64,000 bases of DNA, from NCBI RefSeq assembly GCF_006345805.1, contig NC_043018.1, positions 27,900,001 through 27,964,000 of the forward strand. The letters run 5' to 3'. This DNA is from Octopus sinensis (Eukaryota). This document shows, piece after piece, positions 38,198 to 49,469 of this stretch; position 1 is the first letter of the stretch; every line of letters begins with the position of its first letter. The notes under the pieces are model-generated. The model worked only from the letters and a program-made list of their open reading frames with translations. It was not told where the DNA came from and did no database searches. The translations under genes and the position numbers were made by a program.

Positions 38198-38745
38198 TGA
38201 GTGACAGAGCAGTGCATGTCATCAAAGTAACACTGGGGTAAAATATACGAATCCCAGTATACCCATCATGACTAACCGTTTGATAAGAGTACACTAGGCA
38301 CATGCATCACAACCATATGTGCACATGGTGATCTTATATCAAGCTAAACAGCGCATGACCTTGCAGGTGGGGCCCAGTTTGAATTTTCTTCTGGTCGAGT
38401 AGCCTATCTTGCTCCAAAGGTCCCTGAATAAGGATTGTTTAAGGATGTTGAACGAACCGCCCGTGTTTCCAAAAGTGAATTATCCAAGCCTCCAAGAATT
38501 CCTTTCAACACACAGCTATGATGCTTCCCCACTACTTATGCTCGTGGTCAGAGATATATCGTCTGCCACTAAGGGACATGGTCAACTGGTTAATAGCAAA
38601 CAACTGACAAGCAAATCTATGGTATTGAGCAGAATATTTGCTGTAACCCATCTTTTATACCAAGACAAAACAATGTACATGATAACACTTCCAATCAGTT
38701 AAGATCAGAAGCTACGAGAGCCACTGCCTGGGACAGCATCAGGGC

Positions 38746-38749
<4 letters not shown>
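38198..38749 (-). mobile_element. ~550-bp non-coding interspersed element flanked by (TAA)n
   Basis: Colinear with the reverse complement of 55864-56352. Both ends abut ATT repeats. Confidence 0.8.
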
Positions 38750-38802
<53 letters not shown>

Positions 38803-38827
38803 CATTATTATTATTGTTGTTGTTGTT

Positions 38828-38858
<31 letters not shown>

Positions 38859-39392
38859 CCATCATCACCATCATCATTATTATCGTTATTATTATTATGA
38901 TTGCAGTTGCTAGTGGAAGTCAGAGCTTTATCTCATTCACCGTTGCCCGACATGATGTCCCAGTGCGTAACGCACAAACAAGCTTCTCTCCTGCAGACCC
39001 CAAACTTAAATTGGACAACACCAGAGGCTCAAAGCGTTTTCTTTGCCGAGCAATGACACACATAACCTGTGTAAGATATTATATATTTTGTTTATCCTCC
39101 TAATATTAAAGTTTTCCAACACATCTTGTTTTTTCCCTTTTATATATTTTGTGGTTTTATACACTTGGTGACCATCAAGTGAGCATTTAAATTAATGGAG
39201 GTAATCATATCTTCATAATAATTGATGGAATTAGAAGTTTGAATTCGAAATTAGGAGATAAGGAAAAAGATACACAAAACACACATATTTGATATTTTTT
39301 GATGTTATTTACATTTAACGAAGTTCTTAAAATTTCTCGCCAGTGGTAAATATGTATAGCACTATTTCATTCGTTTAAGAAGTCATCAGCAT

Positions 39393-39826
39393 AGGCGTAG
39401 GAGTGGCTGCGTGGTAAGTAGCTTGCTTACCAAGCACATAGTTTCGGGTTCAGTCCCACTACGTGGCACCTTGGGCAAATGTCTTCTACTATAGCCTCAC
39501 AGCCTTGTGAGTGGATTTGGTAGACGGAAACTGAAAGAAGCTCGTCGTATATATGTATATATATGTACATGTGTGTGTGTGTGTGTGGTGTGTATGTGTG
39601 TGTGTGTGTGTGTGTTTTGTGTTTGTCCCCCCCAACATCGCTTGATAACCGATGCTGGTGTGTTTACATCCCCGTAACGTAGCGGTTCGGCAAAAGATAC
39701 CAATAGAATAAGTACTAGGCTTACAAAGAATAAGTCCTGGGGTCGATTTGCTCGACTAAAGGCGATGCTCCAGCATGGCCACAGTCAAATGACTGAAACA
39801 AGTAAAAGAGTAAAAGAGTAAAAGAG
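39393..39826 (+). mobile_element. SINE family A, near full length
   Basis: Head, B-box-like GGGTTCAGTCCC, internal microsatellite and (TAAAAGAG)3 tail. Confidence 0.93.
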
Positions 39827-39947
39827 CATGGCATGATCCGCGCTATATTAATTGAAGATTTTATGAAGCGAGACATTACTTACAGATCGAAAATACTTAC
39901 ACCCAGGAAGATTTTCTTTACTTATATTTTTCCTTATATTCACAGAG

Positions 39948-40199
39948 CAACGGTTCTCAACCAGGGTCCATAAGACTTGGGAGTCCATGCAAGATTTTGT
40001 TGTTCAATTTTATCTGCAATGAATTGATTATAGTTGTACAATACATAATATTTTAACACTATTTTTTAATCAATTGGTATAATACTTAATTAAAAAGTAT
40101 AATAGGATTTTCTAACCAAGTAATGGTTAAGAGTGTACACCTAAATAGAACGGAAATCAAAGTGGTCCATAAGTAAAAAGATGTGGTTGGGAAATACTG
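39948..40199. mobile_element. old hAT-like MITE
   Basis: Ends CAACGGTTCTCAACC and GGTTGGGAAATACTG resemble hAT CAG-GGTTCTCAACC TIRs. The putative 8-bp TSD matches only 5/8. Confidence 0.55.
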
Positions 40200-40625
40200 T
40201 CAGACACCGTTAGCAGTTTAGCGATCAAGAGAGAAGAGAGTACCTATATATAGGAACACTAGCACTTTTTAAATCTTATAATAAGAAGCGAAGGCATAGC
40301 TCATAAAATTTATTTGGTTTTCACGACTGATAAGAGAGAGGGAAAATGTTATCCTAAAACCATACGCCTGAGTTAATTGCTTACAACAGACTGCATCGTG
40401 CTAAAAGTACCCAAAACACCGATTATGGGTGTTAAACAGGATGACTGATCAAGCTTGGATTGGACAGGATTGTTCATGCTCAGTCCACTGCAGGTAAGAG
40501 TGCCTCAGCATATTCTCTCTACCAACCATGTTTTGATGTAGAGACTGTGAATTTGAGCTTCAGATAATACTGCTTTGATGACCCTACCTCCACCACACTG
40601 ACTCAACATGGTTTGGTAGCGGGAC

Positions 40626-40718
40626 TCATAAACACACACATCACCCGGTCTGAGATTCGAACCCGCGATACCTCGACCGCGAGTCCGCTGCTCTAACCAC
40701 TAGGCCATGTGCCTCCAC
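40626..40718 (-). mobile_element. SINE C tRNA-like head without the C body
   Basis: Minus strand GTGGAGGCACATGGCCTAGTGGTTAGAGC...GGTTCGAATCTCAGACCGGG...GTGTGTGTTTATGAG, then unrelated sequence. Confidence 0.85.
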
Positions 40719-40808
40719 ATTTCGCCACCTAAGTGCTAAATAATAACGATTTCAAACTTTAGCTGAAGGCCAGCAATTTCAGAAAAAGGGATAAGTCGTG
40801 CTAACCTG

Positions 40809-41218
40809 GGATCTTTTCGGTTTGAACGGCAGTTTTTTCTAGCGGTGTCATAAGAAATTGTCACCCATAATTATGACCCTAGTATCGATCTATTGCATTT
40901 CAATCTGTTTTAGGGTTAGTGTTAGTTAGGGTTAGGGCTAGGGTTAGCGTATCTTTTTTCTTCAGAAGTGTAAACAAACTCAATCTGTTTCTTAAACGCT
41001 GCACAGAATGTTTTTTTACCTCAATAGACGTCAGTGATTGGTTAAAATTGCAGAAATTGAAGAAAAAAACAACAAATATCTTACAAACTATAGAATTTTC
41101 TCAATAAAGCCAAGAGAAAAAGATGTTTTATAAACACATTCTACCAGTATACGAAGATTAAAAGTGTTTAGTAACCTAGAAATTATGTTAAAAACTGCCG
41201 TTCAAACCAAAAAGATTC
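40809..41218 (-). mobile_element. MITE family E, copy 3 (short variant)
   Basis: TIRs, an 8-bp TSD CTAACCTG (40801-40808 and 41219-41226) and (TTAGGG)-like repeats at 40910-40948. Confidence 0.92.
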
Positions 41219-42321
41219 CTAACCTGGAATTCCACTGCCGATCCAAAGCTTCGCTGTTTCGCCCTCCGGTCGATGTCTTCCCAACCGTCCTATCGTCCGT
41301 TCGTTAGCGGTTACCGTCGTAGCGAAATTGCGGTAACGAGTGAATCTCGAACCAAATACCAAAGTGGTTACCAAACGAACATCCTAACCAACTTTAACCA
41401 CAAAGCCACAACCCGCGCCCATGTAGTTGTTCTCGTTATAGTTGTTATCATTGTTGTCAATATGATAAACACGGAAATCAATTTCGTTCCATTAATTGTA
41501 TATATTTCATGCGGTAACATCAGACAATTGGTTACATTATCAACTATTTTATTAACAGGTCAAATTAGACTCTCTGTACATAATCTAAATTACCCTTCTC
41601 TTTGCACTCCCTCCCCCCGCCCCCCGCCGTCCGCCAGCATCTTCCCTCCTCTTTTAGCTTTCTCTTTGTATCCTCCGATGTCCAGATCGGACGTTTACTG
41701 TCCAGCGTATATACGTATGCATAGACAATGACACACACACACTCACATACACTCACACATGCATATAAGCACCTGTCTGGAGTGTGTGTGTGTGTGTGTG
41801 TGTGTTTCTGTACGCGTAGTGGTGATCCACAGTAAGAAATAGGTATATTGTAATACGTTGAAAATCACTGTCCTATCTATCTATCTATCTATCTTCCCTT
41901 TTGCTTGTCTGTCAATTTCTTTCTCCCTTCACCCTCTCTTTCTCTCTATGTATGTCTAAAATATATGTAACACACACACAATCTCTCTCTCTCTATATAT
42001 ATATATAAAGACATATATATATATATATACATACATATATGTACATATATGTACATATATATATATATATATAATATATATATATATTATATATATATGT
42101 ATATATATATGTATATATGTATGTATATAAATACATATATACAGATAAATAGATACAAATATATATATATATATATATGTATCAGGTGATAGGAATTAGT
42201 GCATGGGTGTGGGAGGAATAGGAAGAGAAAGAGAGAGAAAAAGAGAGACGAAAGAGGACATATATAATATGTAATTATATATATAATATATATATTAATT
42301 ATATATATATATATATATATG

Positions 42322-42369
<48 letters not shown>

Positions 42370-42418
42370 AGGATAGACAGACAGATAGATAGATAAATAG
42401 ATAGATAGATAGATAGAT

Positions 42419-42453
<35 letters not shown>

Positions 42454-42952
42454 TTCTTGCCTTTCCTTTCTTTCTCGTCTTTTTCTTTCATTCTTTCTTT
42501 TCTCTTTTTGTAGCTTTATCCTCCCACTCTTCCTCAAACTGTATTACTCTACTTGAAACTCTCTCTCTCTCTCTGTCTCTCTCTCTGTAACCTTAACTTC
42601 ACCACCACCAACACCACCACCACCACCACCATCACCACCACTACAACCATCATCCTCACCGCCACCTCCAAAACCACCAACGCCGCCGCCGCCGCTGTCC
42701 TATCTTTTTCTCTTCCCCTTCTCAATCACCCATTCATATTTAATTGTCCAATTTACCAATATCTTTCCACCTCTCCCTCTATTACTCGTCACCCCCAGCC
42801 CCTCTCACCCCCCCACTCATGACCTTCCCTCCCCCTCCCCCTCCTAGTTTCTCTCTCTCTCCCTCTCTTTTTTCTCTCTCTGCCCTTCCTCTTTCATAAT
42901 ATCTCTTCTCATTCTCCAACATTGAACAGATATAAATCTATCTATCTATCTA

Positions 42953-43040
<88 letters not shown>

Positions 43041-43054
43041 ATATATATATATCC

Positions 43055-43102
<48 letters not shown>

Positions 43103-43107
43103 CCCTC

Positions 43108-43145
<38 letters not shown>

Positions 43146-43199
43146 GATCGATCGATCTGTCTGTCTGTCTGCCTGTCTGTCTGTCTATCATCATTCGTT

Positions 43200-44290
43200 C
43201 TTTCTTTTATTCCTTCTCTTTTTCTTTCTAGCTTTTTTTTTAATCTCCTTATTTCTTTCTCTTTTCTTTCTATCTTTCTTTCTTTTTCTTAATCCCTGCT
43301 ACTCTTTCCGTCTTTCTTTGTTTCGTCCTTACTCTCTCTCACGTGCCGTCTTTCTCTTTCTCTCTCTTTCTTTTTATCTTATGTCCTCTTTCCTCTAACT
43401 TTTTCTCTCTCTTTCCCTTTCTATCTTTTCTTCTTTGCCTCTCTTCATCGAACATATTCCCTCCTCTCTCTCTCTCTTTCTCTCTCTTTCTCTTCCTATT
43501 CTTCCCTCACCCATGCACTAATTCCTACCACCTGATACATCACCCCATCCCCACCCCAGATTCCTTCCACTCTACACTTCACACCGTCTCATATCTCTCG
43601 CCTCTCTCTCACATGTCTCTCTCTTACATCTCTCTTTCTCGCATCTCCCTCTCACATCACTGTCTGTCTCACAACTCTCTCATATCTCTGTCTTACATCT
43701 CTGCTCTTTCTCTCTGTGTCTCTCCACACTCTCTCTCTCTCTCTACTCCCTCGCTCTCTCTCTCTTTACTCTCTCTCTCTGTTTCACATCACTCTCACGT
43801 ACCTCGCTCTCTGCACTCCGTCTCCCATCTTTCTCTCCCCACTCTCTACACTCTCTCTACTCTTTCTACTCTCTCCCTCATTCTCTCCTCTCTACTCTCT
43901 CCCTCCCCCTCTACTCTCCCCATCTCTTTCTCACATCTCTCTCTCACGTTTCCTCGCTTTCTACACTCCATCTCCCATTTTTCTCTCTCTCCACTCTCTC
44001 TGCTCTCTCTTTTTCTACTCTCTCTACTCTCTCCCTCTCTCTCTTTCTACTCACTCCCTCTCTTTCTACTCTCTCCCTCTCTCTCTCTCTCTACTCTCAC
44101 CCTCTATCCTTCTATCTCTCATATTTCTATCCCTCATATCTTTCTCTCCCCTACACTTCCCCCATCTCCTACCAATCTCTGCATCTCTCTCTCTCACACT
44201 TCTGCCTATCTCACATCTCTCTCTCTCAATCACACACCCATCTCAATCTCCCATCTTTCTCTCCCTCACATCTTCCTCTCCCCTCAACTT
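43200..44290. repeat. ~1.1-kb CT-rich polypyrimidine low-complexity tract
   Basis: Read directly. It is the source of the 339-aa S/L-rich ORF. Confidence 0.9.
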
Positions 44291-44679
44291 ATAAAACCCA
44301 CTCCCCTCACACCAATTTCCGCCATTACAGCAAGGATGGTCAATACAATGCCTGCTAGGTAGAACCAAACCATGCCTACGTCCACCTCATCATCTTTAGC
44401 AATGTGAATGAGACACAATAATCAGCTTAATACAGCAGTATGACCCAAAACTGAGATAAGGCCACGTAGCAAAATGAAGCAGTTAATGTTATTAGATCTT
44501 CTTGTAAGTGAATTTGATAAGATTACTTATAATTGAAAAATTCCACACCGCACCCACTCCCATACTCACGCCCCTCCGCATCGCCGCCATCTTTCTTTCG
44601 CTCCCTCGGTCGATCGACATCATCGCTATCAAAATTACCAACAGCGCCGTTTGGTTCGTCATCAGCATCGTCGTCGTCG

Positions 44680-45068
44680 TAAGTGTCAGCATCAGCGTCA
44701 GCGTCAGCGTCGTCGGTTGGCATTGTCGTCATCGTCGTCATAATCGTCATCAGTGCCGTCGTCGTCGTTACAGTAGCTGTCGTCGTCATCACCATCATCA
44801 TCATCATCATCTTCGTCATCATCATTATCATCATCATTGTTATAATCATGATCACCAACATCATCAACAGCAGTGGAGAACTACCACCACCACCTCCACC
44901 ACCATCACCACCACCTTCAGCAGCAGCACCACCACCACCACCAGAGCCGCCGACACCACCACCACCGCTATCATTATAATCGTCGTCGTCGTCATCAACA
45001 TCGTCATCATCGTCATCATGATCTTGGTCACCATCATAATCAGAAACACCACCACCACTGCTACCATC

Positions 45069-45099
<31 letters not shown>

Positions 45100-45210
45100 G
45101 ATTCATCATCATCAGTAACACCACTATCACCACTAGCGACAACAACAATAACAGCAACATCAAAATCACTAACAAGAACAACAACAAGAACAACAACAAA
45201 AGCCGTAACG
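44680..45210. repeat. compound (CAT/CGT/CAC/CAA)n tract
   Basis: Read directly from sequence. Confidence 0.9.
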
Positions 45211-45244
45211 ATGATCCCACACCCTTTCATGGACTTTAATGTTA

Positions 45245-45430
45245 TCTAATCTGCTAGATATAGCAGTTAAATCTTCCTTGAAATTTCACTCTGCCGTCCC
45301 GAAACAGAAATAGAAGTAATAAGACGATGTTGATTTTACTGGTCGCTGAATAGACGGGATGGTCACGGATGGAAAATCTTTGACTATACATCCGCTGAAA
45401 CGTCAGTGCTGATCATAGGCTAAACAATAA
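45245..45430 (+). mobile_element. retroposon-like family F (~190 bp, (CAA)n-like tail)
   Basis: ATAGCAG..GGGATGGTCACGG-TG-AA..CTTTGA is shared with 48490-48860, 48880-49070 and the reverse complement at 47505-47592. Confidence 0.6.
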
Positions 45431-45723
45431 CAGGAACCATTATGCGACCAAAATATCAACGCTACAACTAACACCACATCACCAACGCCACCACCACCAC
45501 CATCATTGCCATCATCGTCAACATCGCCATCACCGCCACAGTCGCCATCACCGTCACCTTTTTCTACATCTTTCCGCTGACATCAGCCACCACCATCTCT
45601 AGTACGATCAAACACATTTCTGATTCCACCAGCATCACTAGTACCAGCAGCAGTAGCGCCACCGCCACCACCACCACCACCGCGGCCATCGCCATCACTA
45701 TAACTACCGCTATCATCATTATA

Positions 45724-45952
45724 TATTTCTTTACTATCCACAAGAGGCTAAACACAGAGGGGACAAATAAGGTCAGACAAACGGATTAAGTCGATTACAT
45801 CGACCCCAGTGCGTAACTGGAACTTAATTTATCGACCCCGAAAGGATGAACGACAAAGTCGACCTCGGCGGAATTTGAACCCAGAACGTAACGGCAGACG
45901 AAATACGGCCACGCATTTCGCCCAGCGTGCTAACGCTTCTGCCAGCTTGCCG
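45724..45952 (-). mobile_element. SINE B with tail1
   Basis: Full body. Possible 9-bp TSD ATCATTATA (45715-45723 and 45955-45963). Confidence 0.9.
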
Positions 45953-46059
45953 TTATCATTATAATCGTCGTCGTCGTCGTCATCAACATTGTCATCATCG
46001 TCATCATGATCTTGGTCACCATCATAATCAGAACCGTAGTGATTCGGCGAAAGACAACC

Positions 46060-46363
46060 TGCACTCCGTTGGTTACGACGATGATTAATTTAGCTGATCC
46101 AATCAACGGAACAGCCTGTTCGTGAAACTTGTGAGCAAGTGGCTGAACACCCCGCAGACATGCGTGCACTTAACATAGTCCTCAGGGAGATTCAGTGTGA
46201 CAGAGAAAGTGAAGAGGTTGTCCCTTTTGAAATACAGGCGCTGTTCATTTATTTGCCGGCTGGAGCGATGTGAAATAAAAGTGTCTTGCTGAAGGATACA
46301 ATGCTCCGCCAAGAATCGAACTCATGACCTTACGATCGTGAGCCGAACAGCCTAAACACTAAG
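46060..46363 (-). mobile_element. SINE family D
   Basis: Colinear with 2470-2788. Confidence 0.85.
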
Positions 46364-46369
46364 TGTTTT

Positions 46370-47086
46370 AGTGGCGAAAGATACCGATAGGATTCGTAGC
46401 AGACTTCAGAAAGACAAAGACCTACTGGGGTTGCTTTATTCGGTTAAAATCTTTCAAGGCGCTGCTCCAGTATGGCCTTAGTCCAATGAGTGAAACAAAA
46501 TAAAAAAAAAGAGATAAAATGACAATGACCGACTGGGGTCACTTCAAACAACTAAAACGCTTTAAGGCGGTGCTCCAGTCTGGCCGCAGTCCAATGACTG
46601 AAACAAAACTAAAAAAAAGGAGATAAAACGACAATGACGGACTGGGGTCGCTTCAAACAGCTAAAACCCCTTCAAGACCAGCTCCAGTATGGCCGCAGTC
46701 TAATGACTGAAACAAACAAACAAACAAAAATACAAGATAAAACGTCAATGACAGACTGGGGTGCTTCTAACAGCTAAAACCCTTCAAGGCGCTGCTCCAG
46801 AATGACCGCAGTCCAATGACTGAAACAAACAAAAGAAAAAGAAAAAAAAAGAGATAAGACGACTATGACGGATTGGGGTTGCTTCAAACAGCTAAAACCC
46901 TTCACGGCGCTGCTCCAGTATGACCGCAGTCTAATGACTCAAATAGACAAAAAAAAATAGAAGAAAAGAGATAAAACGACAATGACGAATTGGGGTCTCT
47001 TAAAACAGCTAAAACCCTTCAAGACGCTGCTCCAGAATGGCCGCAGTCCAATGACTGAACAAGCAAAAAAAGAAAAGAAAAAAAAA
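46370..47086 (+). repeat. tandem array of six 109-117-bp units built on the SINE A-type 3' tail
   Basis: A(C/T)TGGGG unit anchors at 46424, 46532, 46641, 46755, 46872 and 46989. Each unit contains an AAGGCG-TGCTCCAG-ATGGCCGCAGTC-AATGACTGAAAC-like segment followed by an A-rich tract. Confidence 0.9.
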
Positions 47087-47594
47087 CATTTCCAATTGCC
47101 AACTTTGTTTCTTCAGACTAGAACCGGCGGTTATTTCTGTTGTTATTTGTTGTTGTTCGTTGTTGTTGTTGCTGCTGCTGCTGCTGTTGTATTTGATAGC
47201 GCATTACGACAGTAAGAAAGCTAAAATTCGTTTGCACCATATCACATGTACAGAAAATGCTTCTTAAGCGAGGCATGAGGTGTGAAATTTATAACACAGG
47301 AAGAAATGAAAGAAGTTATAATATTGGAATGTTCATGCATTTCCCCAAAACAATTAGTCTTCTGACTAATGAGAAGTCGATTGGGTTCAACGAGGAACTT
47401 AATGCAGCAAGATGGCGCCCGCCATCTTAATAAAAATAATTTCTCTTTTTTTCGGCAGAAGATCGTACTTGGCGGGGCGTCATATTCTAGACTGAACAAA
47501 CCACGTTTAGTGTTGTTGTTGTTGCTGGTTTTACTGTTGTTGTCTAGGCCCATGCCAGCTAAAAGGCATTCCAGGCGTGACCATTCCGTCTTAT

Positions 47595-47830
47595 TTTTTA
47601 CTTTTGTTTTTATTTGCTACATTCATTAGACTACGGCCATGCTGGAGCACTACTTTGCTGAACTTTTAGTCGAATGAATCCACCTCAGTATTTATATTGT
47701 TTCAGCCTCTTATTGTATCCCTCTCTTTTGCCGAACTGCTAGGTTCCGGAGATGTAAACACACCAAAACCGGTTATGAAGCTACAGTGAGGGACAGACAG
47801 ATACACAAAGACACGCACACATAAACATAC
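47595..47830 (-). mobile_element. diverged SINE A 3' half
   Basis: GGCCATGCTGGAGCAC, TCTCTTTTGCCGAAC and GTAAACACACCA. Confidence 0.75.
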
Positions 47831-47848
47831 AGAATGTATATATATGTG

Positions 47849-47891
<43 letters not shown>

Positions 47892-47984
47892 GCACACACA
47901 TACGTACAGCGGTGGTGCCCCAGCATGGCCGCGGCCATCGGGCTAAAACATTTTATAAAGATTTTAAAGATTTATATATATATA

Positions 47985-48480
47985 ATCCGCTTGTCTGTCC
48001 TTGTTTATCCCCTCTGTATGTAGCCCCTTGTTTGTAGCAAAGAAATGGGTATTTCGTCTGTTTAAAGGCGGCGAGCAGGTAGAAACGTTAGCACGCCGGG
48101 CGAAATGCTTAGCGGTATTTCGTCTGCCGCTACATTCTGAGTTCAAATTCCGCCGAGCTCGACTTTGCCTTTCATCCTTTCGGGGTCGATAAATTAAGTA
48201 CCAGTTACGCACTGGGGTCGATAAAATCGACCTAATCCGTTTGTCCCCTCTATGTTTAGCCCCTTGTGGGCAATAAAGAAATACGAAACATTAGCACGCC
48301 GGGAGAAATGCTTAGCGATATTTCGTCTGTCTACGTTTTGCGTACAATTTCTGCCGTGGTCGACTTTGCCTTTCATCCTTTCGGAATCGATAAATTAAGT
48401 ACCAGTTGTGTACTGAGGTCGATCTAATCGACTTTCCCCCTTCACCAAAATTTCGAGCCTTGTGCCTGGAGTAGAAAAAA
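47985..48480 (+). mobile_element. SINE B multimer (tail1 fragment, full B-tail1, partial-head B-tail2)
   Basis: Junctions GAAAT|GGGTATTTCGTCTG at ~48046 and GAAATA|CGAAACATTAGC at 48283/48284. Confidence 0.88.
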
Positions 48481-48489
48481 ATAAATGCT

Positions 48490-49070
48490 CTATTTCTATA
48501 TCCATGAAATAGCAGCCAAATTCTTTTAAATTACACACCATCCACAAGGTGGTCATCAGACACAATTGTTTGCATGGCGGGCAAAATGTTTAGCAGCATT
48601 TTGACCGTCCATATGTCCATATCTTCTGAGTTCAAATTCCACCGAGGCCCACTTTGCCTCTCATCCTTCGTGGTCGATAAAATATATACCGTTGAAGTGA
48701 AGGGGGTTCGATACAAGCCACTTACCCTTTTCCCCGAATTTGCTGGCCTTGTGCCAAAATTTTTAGAAAAATATTATACACCATCCTCTTTAAAAAAAGA
48801 AAGGACACAGTGTACAGTTTAGTCTTCGATAAAAAAAAAATGGCGGGATGGTCACGGTTAAATTAATAAATGCCGTATTTTTCTATACTAAAAATAGCAG
48901 GGTCTTTTAAAATTACGTATCATTCTGTTAAAACCAAAAACAGGAAGGATACATTGCACAAAGTAGTCGTACGTATTATAAAAATGCGGCAGGAATGGTC
49001 ACGGCTGAAATGTCTTTGATTATAAGACTGCACAGCCAGGCTTGATCTGAAGCTGAATAACAACATCAAC
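48490..49070 (+). mobile_element. two family F copies, the first interrupted by a diverged SINE B (48575-48775)
   Basis: Shared GATGGTCACGG / GAATGGTCACGGCTG motifs. A B-box and tail2 lie inside the first copy. Confidence 0.6.
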
Positions 49071-49469
49071 CACGACACTCCATCACACAGCGCTCCCAAA
49101 CTTCCTCACCCTTACCACGCCGTTACCATTCTTGGTTGCAAATAAATTCGGTGCTTATTAGCTAATTAGCCTCCCACATTGAATCATATTTATATTTTAC
49201 ACAGTTTCAATGGTGCATCGAATTCCTGAGAGCAAAATTCTTCACTCTGATCTTATTGCTATTAGTTATTTGCCAATGTTTGTCTGTTTCCGTCTCACTT
49301 CATTCGTACAAACTCGTCATCTTCTTAGCTGCAAACATCGTCATTAGTCAAAAATAGGGTCTGGTCTGGGTCTGGTTCTGCTTCTGGTGGGGCTGGGGTG
49401 TCGGTGGGGGCGGTGGATTTCTTTATAACATGTCTAGATTGGTGGCGTGTTCTGGCGGAGAAGAGGAGG

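Noticed and set aside
40440-40500. 54-nt AG...GTAAGA mini-exon encoding MTDQAWIGQDCSCSVHC (W-G-DC, EGF-like)
   Set aside because: It lacks the upstream cysteines of an EGF or integrin repeat, is too short to assess, and may be the body of a SINE C-headed element.
46424-47086. CRISPR-like repeat/spacer appearance
   Set aside because: The context is eukaryotic, the units are >100 bp, the inter-repeat parts are homologous A-rich tails rather than unique spacers, and there are no cas genes.
48837-48847. AAAATGGCGG YY1 motif
   Set aside because: It lies within a family F repeat copy, at a poly-A/GGGATGGTCACGG boundary, with no other promoter features.
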